Positions 36,933 through 49,910 of a stretch of 64,000 nt of DNA are shown in pieces; position 1 is the first letter of the stretch, and every line of letters begins with the position of its first letter. Location: positions 46,998,001 to 47,062,000 of the forward strand of contig CM052816.1 of the NCBI GenBank assembly GCA_028534125.1, read 5' to 3'. A program made the position numbers and the translations under genes. The DNA is from Lama glama (Eukaryota). The notes under the pieces are model-generated. The model saw only the letters and a list, made by a program, of their open reading frames with translations, was not told the DNA's origin and did no database searches.

Positions 36933-39900
36933 ACATGCGTGCACAGGGTGGGGGAAGGGAGTGGCGTCTGGCAGGGAGTGGAGGGTACAGAAATGAAACA
37001 ATGCCCACGTACAGTTTTATTTCATGGCAACAACATAGTGGGCCTTGGGTCAGACGTGTGAAACTATTTCTCAAAGAAGCTGCATACATAATTGAGGCCC
37101 TCGAAGGGTTCCCAGTGGAAGTTGCCAGGCTACATTCATTTCAAAAGCTGAGCCATTTGTTATCAAATTTAAATTAACTCTCTGCACACTGAACTTGAAT
37201 TTTAGAGCCCTGCTTCCTTGCAATTCTTAAAATAGTTGAGAAAGGAGAAAACATGTATCTGGAGAATCAAAATAAGTTTGTCCTCGCAAGGAACTGCAGT
37301 GGTGCCCATGTAGGCCTGCAATGGAGCAGTCTTTTACGGATTAAATTGAGAAAGATCTATTTGGAATGACGAGAAACAAATCTGAATTTTGCTGTGTGAT
37401 TTTTGTAGATCCAAATTTACTGCAAAATCTTTTCATTGGTACCTCTGCATTTCAACTATGTTTTTACTTTCGTCAAGGGTATGAAGTCCATTCTCTCCCC
37501 CACCCCCAGGTTAATTACTCTTTGCCATAAAACTTAGAGTGAAGTAATTTATATAAAGTTGTACAATAGCTTTACTATTTTAAACTAATATGTCAATTTT
37601 AATTCTTCACTGTAATGGAATATAGATATTCCCCCCCTAATTATCATGGCTTTATGCATTATATTAAACAAAATTTATGTAACTCAATAATTTTTTGGTA
37701 ATTTTGCCAATTATTGGTACATTCATTCAGCCAAACAAACAAATTAGTGAAATGTGTAAAATGTCTTGCTTTGGAACCTTTCTACAACTACATAGAGGAG
37801 AAACTTTCCCATTAAAGAATGGTGTGCATGCTTTTTTCACAGGATGCTCCACAGACATAATTGCACATTATTCTGTCTGTCTGATAAAAGTATTTAAAAT
37901 TTAAGCTATCTCCATTATCAGAATTTTTTTCATCACATATAAGTTGGAAAAATTAATTAAAGGACAGAGTTTTATTTCTAAATTTAATATACAGAACTAA
38001 GTAGTCCATTTTGAAAAATCTATGTATTTTTTCTCTTTTGAAAAACAGACTTAAAAATTTCAACCATATCTCATCCTTATAAGACACTAATTTGCTATAA
38101 TCAAGCAAACCTGTCTTCACTGTTGTAATGAAATTTTAACTTTTTAGTCTGAAATGCATAGTAAACTTTGCTTTCAAGGAAATAAAATGCAAACAAAAAA
38201 TAAAACAAAACAAAGCAAAAAAAGAAACAACCACACAACAATGAAATATCATTAAAGGCTGGGATGTTAAGCGTAATCTTCCAAATATCTACTGAGGGAC
38301 CCCCATATAACATAAAGAACATTTATTGTTCTCTTTATAAATAATCAGTACTTACAAAGTACTATTATAGCCATAGAAAACAGGAAGTGATTCTTCTAAA
38401 GGCAGTTTCTGTAATGATATCAGAATAATTGATATGCAGCATGAAAGCAGAGATGAAAAAGAGTTATGCAATTTTAAATTCCTCTAAAATCGTGAAATGA
38501 ACATATATAAAAAGTGGCTATTAGTAAAACTTTCTTTTTTTCTACTAGTATGTGCTACATTAAAACCGCAGACCATTTGCTTATCTAAAGCTCTCTGTAG
38601 CTATCAATACTACTATAAGGTTAGTATGTCCTACCAAGTGCTCTTTGAAACTCTTGTTTACTTGCTGGTGGAAGTGATGCCCCATACTTGTGTATCCATG
38701 ACAACGCCACAACAGAGCAGAGTATCCTTCCTTCCAACTTTCCTTCTTTCCTTCCATTTTTCTTTTCTACAACTAAAATATGAGATTAAAAGTAAGATAC
38801 TAAATCTTATTAAATAGTAAGAGCTTTTCAAAAGATTAAACATAAACTTGATGGGAACATGTAAGAGTTGCTTGTGGTGATGACACATTTCTGCTTTTCC
38901 AAAGCTCTACCCTAGTCTATCTATTGATGATAATTAGTCTAACCAGTAGAAAAATTAGAATAGATAAAATTTTGTAAATTCTCTTAGATTTTTTTCATGA
39001 TACAAGTAATGTGATTTGGCTGTGTTAAGACTGAGTAATTAACAATACTAGTTTTTATATCTGATGCTTATATTAGACTTTTTTCCTTTTGAATACTTCA
39101 AATTATTTTTCACATGTAAAATCATTTGAATTAAAACTGTTATATATTCCAGGGGATTATCAATATGTGTTTTTACTAACATTTAGAACTACCAACAGTT
39201 TGCCCCCTTTGATATGTTACATTTTTATTAGAATATTTTAATGAATGTACAGAATAGAAACTTTTTTTAAAAAGTGTAAATGTTCCTTTGACAGCTTTGT
39301 TTTTGTTTTTGCTTGAAAAAAGGATGTTTTTTATTATTCTGCAGAATTATTTTACAATTTACAGGTATTTCAGTGAATCTAAGTTCTATGTAAGCAGCCT
39401 TTTTATCCCCTCTTTGATGGCTAGAATTACCCACTATATCTAGCAAGATATTGCTTTTGAGGTTCTATTTTGGAATTTGTCAAAATATGCTAACTTTTTC
39501 TAAGTCCAAAATTAAAACCTAAACTCAAGTGATGATTAATGTTTGTTTCATTTGATAATTTTATCACACATCAGAACTAGTTGGCAATGACTAGATATCA
39601 AAATACCTCAAGTCTTAACGGCTCATCTGTATGGTAACTTCGTTATTTTGACACTCAATATCTTCGGAAATTAAGTAGTAGTGGAAAAACTACGACAGTG
39701 TGACTGGGAATTTTCTGACTAATGTTCACTACAAAAGGAAGAAATTAAGTTTTAAAAGGACAATGAAAAATAATTCTCTTTCCCATCCCCTTTCTCTTCT
39801 TCTCCTCTCTCTCACTCTCTCCCCATCTTTTACTTCTTTCTCAGTCTGTTTACTGCTTGTTTCTCTTTTCTGAGTCTCTTAAGCTAAGCCAATCAGCTCA

Positions 39901-41210
39901 CGTGCATCGTGCTCTGGAGAAACCGTGGGACGCATATGGCAGTGAACTGGTTTGGTAAACATATGTCTTCTTGGGCATCGGACGTCTTGCCAGGAATGAG
40001 ATATTCCATTTTGGGGAATGAGGGTGGGAAATGCTTAACCACCTACAGATGTTTTGCAGCAAAAGCTAAAGAATTGCAGTCAAAGAACTGCAAAATGTGT
40101 AATTTGGAATTTGTCCAGGTTTCTTTTTTTAGGAAGAAAAAAGTTAACAGCTTTCCTATTCATCTCTTTTGAGAAAATTTACAGTCGTTTCCCAGTTCTG
40201 CCCCATTCTGAAGTAAGGACAAAAGACTAAAACCAAAGCTGTCCATCTGCTCCATAACAGTAATGTTATAATGGGTGCTGTCCATTTTTATGCTATTGCT
40301 CATGTGTGCCCAGGGGACTGGAACTATTTAATTCACTGATTTCACAGCTCTGTTGTGTGTCACAAAAGGTTAAAAAAAATCCAACACACTTTTTAGCACC
40401 CTGTTTACAAGGACTCCCCGTAAATCTAGTTGAGCCAACAGATTCCCACCCTGCCCCCCAAGCTAGCCCCCTGTTTCTCTTCCTAATTCGGTGCATTCAG
40501 ATAACAGGTAATAGATGGAAATCACAACCCTAACTTGTCCTTTGCAGAGAGTGGCTATTTCAAATCTGCTGTTTTGATGTTACTTTTAAAAGTTTGCGAA
40601 TTCCAGAAGTAGATTTGAAAAGAAAGATGTTTGTCTTTAAGATCTCAGGATTCAACAACTCTGTTTTACCAGGAGTCCAAGAATTAATGCTCTAGGTTCG
40701 CAGAGAGCTGATGAAAGCCTGCAGAGGAAGATGACTTCTATCCCTCTCCTCTGGGGCAGGAGGCTGAGCAGTCCGACGCGCAGCTGGTGTGTGCTGGTGT
40801 CTTGCCAAGGTTATAATGAGTCCTGTGCCCTCGGGGGCATTTTCCTGGTGAGACAGAGGTGGTCAGGCAATATCCACTTGGGTCCAATCTGTGGTCTTTT
40901 CAGAGCAGTGACTTGGGGTGCTGAAGCTGGCACTAGGTTTGTTACCAAAGAGAGAGGATGGATATGAAATTTCAAGAATGTTTCTGTCTATTTTCATCAA
41001 AAAGAGCCTCTATAAGAATGCTCCAGAATATCATAACCTTCTTGCAGCCCGTGTGTCATAATATGTTCCTCTAATATTCTGGAGAGTTAAAATATTAGCC
41101 ATAGATAATGGGTTATCTAGGTGCAATGGTCACTTTCATTTTTACATCATTAACCCAACTCAAGTCCAACTATGGTAACTCTGAAGGTATCTTTATATTC
41201 CCTTGAAAAC

Positions 41211-41266
41211 TGAGATCCCCACTGCCCTTTATGAGTGAACAAGTGTAAAGGGCAGTGGGGATCTCA
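41211..41266. repeat. Perfect 21-bp inverted repeat with a 14-nt spacer
   Basis: tgagatccccactgcccttta (41211-41231) is the exact reverse complement of taaagggcagtggggatctca (41246-41266). Confidence 0.97.
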
Positions 41267-41469
41267 TGGCCACTTAAAAAAATTTTATTGTTCAAAAGCC
41301 AAATTTCTTTATTTCTTTTTTTCAGTAACAATAGCAAATATTTATTTTGTGTTTGTAGGTTATGTGAAATGATTGGATGCTGCAGGTATCTGAAAAATAG
41401 AAATTAGAAATGCTCTCTGACCTTAAAAAAAAATCCACAAAGTAGAAAAAATTCCACTTCTCAAACTCA

Positions 41470-41562
41470 ATTTGTTTATTTGTTCATTCGTTTGTTTGTT
41501 CATTTATATATTTATCCAAACATTTATTGAGAATCTGCTATGTGCTAAGCACTGATTCTGAG
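41470..41562 (-). mobile_element. L2 3'-end fragment
   Basis: 'ttcattcgtttgtttgttcattt...aaacatttattgagaatctgctatgtgctaagcactg'. Confidence 0.8.
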
Positions 41563-44189
41563 ATGTTAATAGAGGAATCACAAAAGATGGGCCCTGTTGT
41601 CAAACAAGTTTGGAAAACACTGCCTCCTATATTTGCCTTCTTTGAGCTATGATAAGCATCTTCATGTACCAGGCAGGCCTGTTCCACTCTATTAGATCTA
41701 AGAAATTCTCTATTTCATTCATATTTTCCCATCATTATTGGACCTTTGTTTCCTCCAAGCCCCCTTTCTCCAAAATCAAACAATGTAATAATACCTGGTA
41801 ACCTAGAGTACTGAAGGATGAAAATTGGCGTCATCAGTGTAACACGGAGAAAGGGGTGGTGGTTAGGACTATTCTTGTTGCATTCATTTCTAACGGTAAT
41901 TCTTGCAGACTTGTTAAGCAGAATAACTGTAATAGGAAAGCAAGTGCATTATACTTTTTGAACATGGATTCCTTATAGAATCAGAGCTCTGCATTGCCAA
42001 GTTAGAACCCTACAATTCTAGGCACAATGAAAGAGAGAGTAGTGGAAATGAGAACATTGACTTTTACACATAAATAAATGCATCAGCTGTTTCAATCAGG
42101 TAGACGAGGGGAGAATTTATTTCTTGAAGAAAATGGTTATGATGTTTTCTGGTAAGACATGTTCTTCCAACAACATATTAAACCCCTCTTAAAAATGCAG
42201 AGGTGTGTTAAATTATTAGAACATGAGGTTTGGGAAATGAATTAAAAAAACTGGTCTACCCGATATGTTTAGATATGGGCTAAGATAATAGTATATTCCC
42301 AATCGTTTATTTTTAAATGAAAAGTTTTGTTTCTACTCTAGAAGAGTTAATGTTGCAATGAAATATGTCTCTGTGAATAGTTACTTTTTCCGGACCACAC
42401 AAACTGGAGCTCAGGAGAAATGATAGTTTGGACTGTCAACTCAACCTAGGATACTACGCTGAAAGGAAATTAAAATATGTGCTTAATAGAATGTGACAGT
42501 AGTAATGATACTCCATACAGATCTATGTCATTTGTGAAGAAAGAGGGATCCAACTGGAGAGGTTTATGAATCTCCAAAAATAAAAAGATCTCATCATAGA
42601 ATTATTACTATTACCTTTCTGGTATTCTACACATTTACCAATTCTCCAAAGGCAATTTCTCTTCACCTCAAATAAATCTTCCTTACAGGCCATATAAATA
42701 GAATTAAGCTAGTTTGTAATGTTTCCATTTGTTTTCTTGCAGAATAAACTCATTAACATTAGTCTATTAGAAAATGATATTAAAGGATTTAATTGCCTGT
42801 GCATATTAAATATGCTTAAAATTTATGAAAATAAACATTTTGAAATTGAATAAATATTCTGCAATAATAGAAATGTGAAATGTGGACTTAATCAAATTTT
42901 TAAGGTGATATGGACACACAACACTACAATATATATTAGGTACCTCTAGAAAGCATATGGAAATTCTTGAGTATAGAATCTAGACCAAAGGCAAAACTCT
43001 ATTTTGGGTAGTGTGTGTGGAATTGCTAATAGATTATAAATGGAAGTTTAGTTTATTTAGACAGTATCTTTGGATGAAATATCACATTTATGATAATGAG
43101 GGGAAATTTACAATAGGTGTGGTGTTCTGTTGGTCTGGGCATTCATCCCCAAGAGAAAATGTGTATCTGAACTTGTCCTCACACTTTCAGAATAACATGT
43201 TTCAAACTTGCCTGACTGACAGCTGCCAATTATTGAAAGTTTCTGTGAAATGAAGAACCAATTAACAATTTAACACTAATTAGGAGCATAAACAAAACTA
43301 ATGATCAAGTGATTTTAATCAAGTCCCAAAGTCCTGGAGGTGCTAAGGAACATATCCTTAACTTTTAGTTTCTCAAAAGCCTCTGAGAGGATTCTTTCAG
43401 ATGTTCGATTTGATGGCCAAGCAATACTAAGAAGGAAGATTTGAAACTATTTTTGAAGTCAGGGAAGCACTTTTACACAAACTTTGCCTTTGTTCTCACA
43501 CAGCCTCTATATAAGACTGTCTAATACATTTGTGAGAACAGAACAAAATTGCCAGAATAAAATGGGTCGAATTTGGAGAAATGAATCCAGGCTTAACTTG
43601 GTAAGGTAATTTTTTTTCAAAGCAGTGTTCCTTGGGACAGTTTAAGGAGGAATGTGAGTGATTAGCTACCTTGTAATTTTCTATGTGTTCTGTACTAGGG
43701 GAAACAAATGAAGAAAGAAACCATGAAAAATAGATACATACTTGGGAAAATTTGGGATTATAGATACATATAGGTAATTTTTTTTCTAGAGAAACACTGA
43801 ACCATGGAGACATAAAACTTTGAAGATGAGGTTTTTTTAAAAAGCCATTGTGTTTTCTCCCTTCAGTTATTTTAAAAAGCAAGACAAAACAAACCTCATA
43901 AAGTAAGATGAGCCAGTTTCTGTCATTTGCGTCTTCTGACATCTAGTCTAATTTAGAAGGCAGAAGTTTCTGTTACACAAGACGTGCTGGGCCCAGTGTT
44001 CCTTTGATTTATATATTGCTGGATTGGTTTTTGTCCTTCCTTATCCCCATTTTCCCTGCAAACGCTTCTCAGAGGAGAACACCTATATTCCACTGGAGGC
44101 TGCTTAAACAGAACTGCAGCCAAGATTCTGTCGTGTGATCGGCATGCTTGCTGTACTTCCTGCCAGCAGTGATTCAGCCACAGGACTTC

Positions 44190-44300
44190 TCCAAGGGGCA
44201 TGCTCTTTGAAATTGTGGCCTTGTCCATTTCCGATTTCCCAAAAACTCACATGGCCCAGGGAACACAGCAGAGGCTCAATAAGTGTTTTCTGAATACATC
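44190..44300 (+). mobile_element. L2 3'-end fragment
   Basis: 'gcccagggaacacagcagaggctcaataagtgttttctgaat'. Confidence 0.55.
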
Positions 44301-44375
44301 AAATAGGTTTAACAAAGCTTATAGAGGACTTTACTTATACCTGGGCAAGCGGTTTCAAGGGCCTGTGCTTGAGAG

Positions 44376-44560
44376 CAGTGCTGTCCGTTAGAAATGACCA
44401 CGATGATGGAAAGGCACTGTATCTGCGTGATGAGTAATATGGTCATCACCAGCCACACGTGGCTACTGAAGATCGACTGAGGAACTGACTGTTAATTTCA
44501 CTAAATTTTTATTAATTCAGAATTTAATTTAAATAGCCACAAGTGACGAGTGGCTAGACA
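44376..44560. mobile_element. MER3-like hAT-Charlie MITE
   Basis: 'cagtgctgtccgttagaa...gatgatggaaa...agccacacgtggctactga...gactgaggaactga...tttaatttaaatagccaca'. Confidence 0.8.
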
Positions 44561-45037
44561 GCTTTAAAGGGTGCCAATCCTCCTGTCCTTCATGCCCCTC
44601 CCCCTGCCAGAGGACGTGTCCACTGTAGACTGTGCCCTCCCTTAGAGACCCTGCTTCAGATGCCCAGAACTCCAGAGTTCCCCACCCAAGCAGTCTGTGC
44701 TCATTTCCAGGCCTGCATGGCCTCCTCCCTGGTGCATCCTCCCCAGGGCAGACCTGCTCCTGGTGTACACTCCCTCGACAGCAGGAGTTTCCGGAGAGTG
44801 GCAGTTTGCTGCAAGGGAGTGGCTGGGAGGAGGCAGTGTAACTAGGGCTCAGACAAGCAGCTGGCCTGTCCTATACACACGCATGTAGCCCCTGGCAGTG
44901 TGAGATGCTGGGACAGGAAGCAAGGGAGGGGGCAGGAGAAGGTGCTGCTCTCCTTAAGCTACCATGCTCCAGCATGCGTGCTGAGCAGTCTGATGGTTTT
45001 ATTACAAAACATAAGCAAGAAATAAGTTAATCCTTAG

Positions 45038-45760
45038 AACCCTCCTACACTGTTGCTGGGAGTGCAGTTTGGTGCAGTCATTATGGAAAAGAGTATGGAG
45101 ACTCTTCAAAAAACTAAAAATAGATTTATATATGATCCAGCAATCCCACTCCTGGGCATATATCCATAGGGAACTTTAATTAAAAAAGATACATACACGC
45201 CAATGTTCATAGCAGCACTATTTACAATAGCCAAGACATGGAAACAACCTAAATGTCCATTGACAGATGACTGGATAAAGAAGCTGTGGTATATTTATAC
45301 AATGGAATACTACTCAGCCATAAAAAGAATAAAATAATACCATTTGTAGCAACATGGATAGACCTACAGATAGTCATCCTAAGTGAAGTAAGCCAAAAAG
45401 AGAAAGAAAAATACCATATGATATCACTCATATGTGGAATCTAAAAAAAGAAAAAAAGAGGACACTAGTGAACTCATCTACAAAACAGAAACAGACTTGC
45501 AGACATAGTAAACAATCTTATGATTACTGGGGGAAAGGGGTGGGAAGGGATAATTGGGAGTTCAAGATTTGCAAATATTAACTACTATGTATAAAGACAG
45601 ATTAAAAAAAGAAATTTCTTCTGTATAGAACAATATCTTGTAGTAACCGTTAATGAAAAAGAATATGAAAACGAATATATGTATGTATATATATGACAGA
45701 AGCGTTATGCTGTACACCAGAAATTGACACATTGTAACTGACTATACTTCAATTTAAAAA
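45038..45760 (+). mobile_element. 5'-truncated L1 (ORF2 C-terminus, 3' UTR, A tail), lineage-specific type
   Basis: 'tatgatccagcaatcccactcctggg'; ORF2 end ...ISLICGI*; tail 'gactatacttcaatttaaaaaaa'; candidate TSD aagttaatccttag (45024-45037) / aaattaacctttag (45760-45773), 11/14 identical. Confidence 0.95.
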
Positions 45761-45799
45761 AATTAACCTTTAGTACATCATAGGCAGTATGATCCAATG

Positions 45800-46510
45800 A
45801 CCATTCATTTGTTCAGTGACCAGAGTATTTATTGAGCACCTACTGTGTTCCAGGCCCTTGCTCTAGACACAAGTGTTACAGCAGTGAACAAAGCAAAGTC
45901 TTTGGCTTTCACAGGGCTTATAGTCTTGTGAGGAAGACAAAAAGCAAAGAAGCAAAATAAATGTGGATGTGTGTGTATGTGTAAGAAAATCCAGGCATCC
46001 TGCCAAGAGACAGAGTGACAACAGGGCATTAAGTAGGTTGTTCAGAGAACACCTTTTTGAATAAATCACTTTTGAAGAAAGACCTAAAGGAAAGGAAAAA
46101 GCAATACAAGACCTAGGGAAAGAGTTTTCAAGCAAGAGAATAGCAAGCGCAAAGGCCCTGAGGTGGGCGCATCCCTGCCGTGTTCCAGAAATAGCGAAGG
46201 AGGTCAGTCTGCTTAGAGAGCAGTGAAGTTGACTGAAATGAGCTAGGGGAGGAGGTTCAAGTTCAGATCATGCTGGGCTGTAGAGGCTGTACTCAGGACT
46301 TCAGATTTATTCTGTGTTTGAAGGGAAGACATGGGAAGGTTGCCATCTGGGTTATGACATTTGCATTTTAAAAAATCACTCAGGCTGCTTTTCGGAGAGT
46401 AGGCGGTGGGGGTGCAAGGAAAGAAGCAGGGAGACAGTTCCAGCAGCTGCTGCAATAATTCAGGTGGGAAATGCAGGGACTCTGATTTGAGCTGTCTCAG
46501 TGTTGTCTCC
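45800..46510 (-). mobile_element. L2 (L2a-like) 3' region
   Basis: 'gtatttattgagcacctactgtgttccaggc', 'gcaaaggccctgaggtggg', 'aaaatcactcaggctgct'. Confidence 0.85.
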
Positions 46511-47989
46511 GTGGCAAGACACAAGTTTAGAATGACACAATGGACTTCTTTCAGTCCTGGCAGTACAGCTCTGCAGCTGCATGTGTGACCTCATTTGGAA
46601 ATAATGTCAAAAGTCTAAATCTGAAATCTTTGTGACTGGGAGTTCAGGGTCGAAAGGACCTAATTCTCACCCTCCAGAAGACCCTGGAACTGGCCATATT
46701 TGCCTCATAGATGTGGTCGTACCTCTATCTCCATCCCATGACTGTTTTGTAGACACCAGTGGAGCCTGACCTCACTGCATGACAACACTCAGTTATTCTA
46801 CTCACAGCACTGCTGTTTCCAGTGCAAAGGTCCTGTGGTTCTTTCTTGGTTTGACACAAATCTCTTTGCATTTAGACATACAGACATACCATCCTCAAGA
46901 ACTTTTCATGCTTCCCTTTCCTAATGCTTCTTCCTGTGCTCAGATTTTTGGGTCAAGTAGAAAGATGTGGTCACACTTTGTGGAGAGAGGGGAGGATTAA
47001 ACTACCCCAGGCCTGTATTTTCCCACTACAAAGTCAGTCTCCTCCAAACAGCCAGCTTGAAGTAGTCTATAGAGAGAAGCAGAAAGAAAGAATTTCCTCT
47101 CAGTCTTTTCAAAATCTCCTGTAAATGACAAGTAAAATCCTTTCTTTAAAAAAAAGGAAAAGGTAGTTTTGTACATACATTTCTATGCCTTTTCTAAAGG
47201 TTTTGTTATATTAATTTTTTGTATTTTTTGAGTCACTCACTGTGATGTGGAAGTTTTTTCCCTTCCCACTTTCCTCCAAGGACATAATATTATTGCAGGC
47301 TTTCTACTAAAAGATAAAATTACTGCCACAAGTAGTGCGAAGTCACAGAGAGATCATATTCCAGATTGAATAGTTTCTGAACAAAGAGGATGCTTTTTAA
47401 AGATTCCACTAAATGTGACTTTTCAAGGGCCAGTGTAGGCAGTCTAGAAACTAAAATTACCTAGCCTGTGTGTGGATGGGAGGGGCCACGGCTCTCTGGG
47501 AAGACCTCTGGCTGTACCTAGGGCAGTGGGCTGACAGTCAGAAAGTGCTTACTGAGGGTCGAACTTCAGAAACATTAGTTTTCTTCCCTGACCTATCACG
47601 TTGATTCCCATTGACTTTCATATATGAAATACTGTATGAAAACATTTTTAAACGTTCTATTTATTTTGTAGTTTCAGTGTTTCAAAAGACTCTCACATTT
47701 ATTGCAGCAAAACATATATGAGAGCATCTTGTAAATTGTAAAGCACTATGCAAATGGAAGTTGTTAGGATTGTTACTGCCTCGTTTTCTTTTTCTCATAA
47801 AATCCTAGGAAAGGCAGGTGTTAATATAACCCTCATTGTATAAGGAAGAAATTGGCAAAAGATCAGAAGATGTTAGCTCTGTGTCCTTTTAGTGAATGAT
47901 TTGGGTATCACCGAGAGCCAGTTAAACATTCTTTGTATCAACACTCTTCTAACTATCAGACAGGTTTGGTGATAGCTCTGTTTACGAGC

Positions 47990-49040
47990 AGAAGAAGGAT
48001 GCTGTGAAGCCATGAGGGAAGTGACATAATTCAGTTTGCATTTGCAAAGATACAGAGAATACGTTACAGAAGGAAAAAGCTCGTGGCCGCAGAACTAGTT
48101 AGTAGGTGATTGCAGTAGGTCAAGAGAGAGAAAACGGTGGGCTTGGGCGAGGCTGTTAGACACTGGTCATCAGAGAACTGGAGGTGCTGAGGAACCTTTT
48201 TGAAGGTGGAAGTCACAGTTCTTGTGATGGGTAAGGAGAGGGAAGAGAAAGGAGAGGTTTCAGGATAACAGTTGGATGGTTGGTGGTACCACGTCCTATG
48301 GTTTAGAAAAAGCAGGCAATGCGTTACAGTTTGGACATGTTGGGCTCTAGGTGTCTGGGGGCACGTGTTAGATGTCTAGCAAGCTGTTCGGTATGTGAGT
48401 CTGGCACAGAGGACAACAGATCTTTGCTGAAAATAAATAAAAAATGTATTTATAAATATATAAATAAATTATAGAAAAGTAAATTTTGGAGTAGGCACAC
48501 TGATGGTGAGTGAAGATTATACTACCAAATTGTGTGGATCAAGGGAGGGTGTCTTAGCTCATAAACCAGCTTATATAATGCACAAAGCCTATTTGTGTGT
48601 ATCCATGGTCGTTTTTCTGGATGGTGAATGCACAGCTTTTTTTCAGATTCTCAAAGACATCAGGGACTCTTAAAAAGTTGAGACTTCCTCCTGGTATAAA
48701 GTGAGAAGACAGGAGGGCCTGGGACCAAACCCTGAAACTCACATGTTTTAAAGAAATGGTCATACAAAGATATTTCAAAGGAGTGGCCAAGCTGGTGGAA
48801 GGAAATCTAGGATCTTACAAGTCAAAGAGTGACAGTGTTTCAGGAATACAGGTGTTGCCAGGGAGGTAAAATATTGCCAAAAGCTCAAATAAAAGGAGGA
48901 TGGAAAGGGTCCATGGTAGTTACTGTCAAGGTAGTTATTGTGACCTTGTCAAGAGTGACTTAAAAGGAACTGGTAGGAGCAGAATTCTTTCCATTGAAGG
49001 GCACATGAGTGGTGAGAAAGGCGACACTCAAGCTTTAAGA
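47990..49040 (-). mobile_element. Degraded L2, interrupted by a hAT MITE
   Basis: 'gtgacataattcagtttgcattt', 'cagtttggacatgttgggctctaggtg', 'gtagttattgtgaccttgtcaagag'. Confidence 0.65.
48550..48690. mobile_element. hAT-Charlie MITE fragment (MER103-like)
   Basis: 'tttttctggatggtgaatgcacagctttttttcagattctcaaagacatcagggactcttaaaaagttgaga'. Family name uncertain. Confidence 0.55.
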
Positions 49041-49769
49041 AAGAGTTTAGCTAATTCCAAGGTTAATAACCAGGACTGATTTTGTCTTTTTCAAAATTGG
49101 TTAATCAATTTTCCACCTTTCTTATAGTCATTCTCTTTCCATTTTTCTTGGAAATCCTGCCTATTTCTCCTTATTATTTAGTGACACTCTGTTTCCTCTC
49201 TAAAAGAAAAGTCAGAGAAAAAAACCTGCAAGCCAAACCTTGTCCTTAGGCCTACAGATGAACCAAAAGCAGCAGAGTTGGCATTGGTCCTAAAAACAGA
49301 TTTATAGATGGATACTTCGATAGCTACAAGATCGCACTCAAGTGATAGTTGAATTGGGTTATACTGAGGGACTCTCCCGGCTAGACAACGGCAAGAAACT
49401 CTGTAAATTCAGAATCTGAGGTTTGCAGAATTGAGACTATGTCTAAATCATGCCCAAACTAGTTATTGTGATGATCAGCCAAATTGTTGAGGAGAGCATC
49501 CTGGTAAACCAAAGAATGAGCTATTTAAATTTTTAATTTTCAAAAGATTGCTTTGGCATCATAGAGGCAGAACGTTGTTAAAGATAGGTTTTTAAAAATA
49601 AAACTATTCAGTAAGAGGGATGAGGATTATGTTGGAAATGGGGTGGGTTTTTCTTGATGATACAAGGCTTTAAAGAGACACTTTTTGTATGAAATTGATT
49701 GTGACAGAGTTGAAAATTCTTCCCTCCCTCCCCCCATGTATTACCATCACAGTTCATGAAATCCTTTGG

Positions 49770-49910
49770 TGTGTTTATGCTTCTCTGTGTCCATTTCTCT
49801 CTACTACGTCTTAAGCCTCTTGGGAGCAGGTACTGTATCATGTCATCTTTATATCCCCAATCGCTAGCGCAATAATTGGGACTTAATAAATGCATCGATC
49901 AAATGAATGA
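49770..49910 (+). mobile_element. L2 3' end
   Basis: 'aagcctcttgggagcaggtactgt...tcatctttatatccccaatcgctagc...ttaataaatgc...aatgaatga'. Confidence 0.75.

Noticed and set aside
41340..41392. 27-nt micro-exon (ttgtag|...cag|gtatct)
   Set aside because: Weak donor that does not match the U12 GTATCCTT consensus; no neighbouring exons support it.
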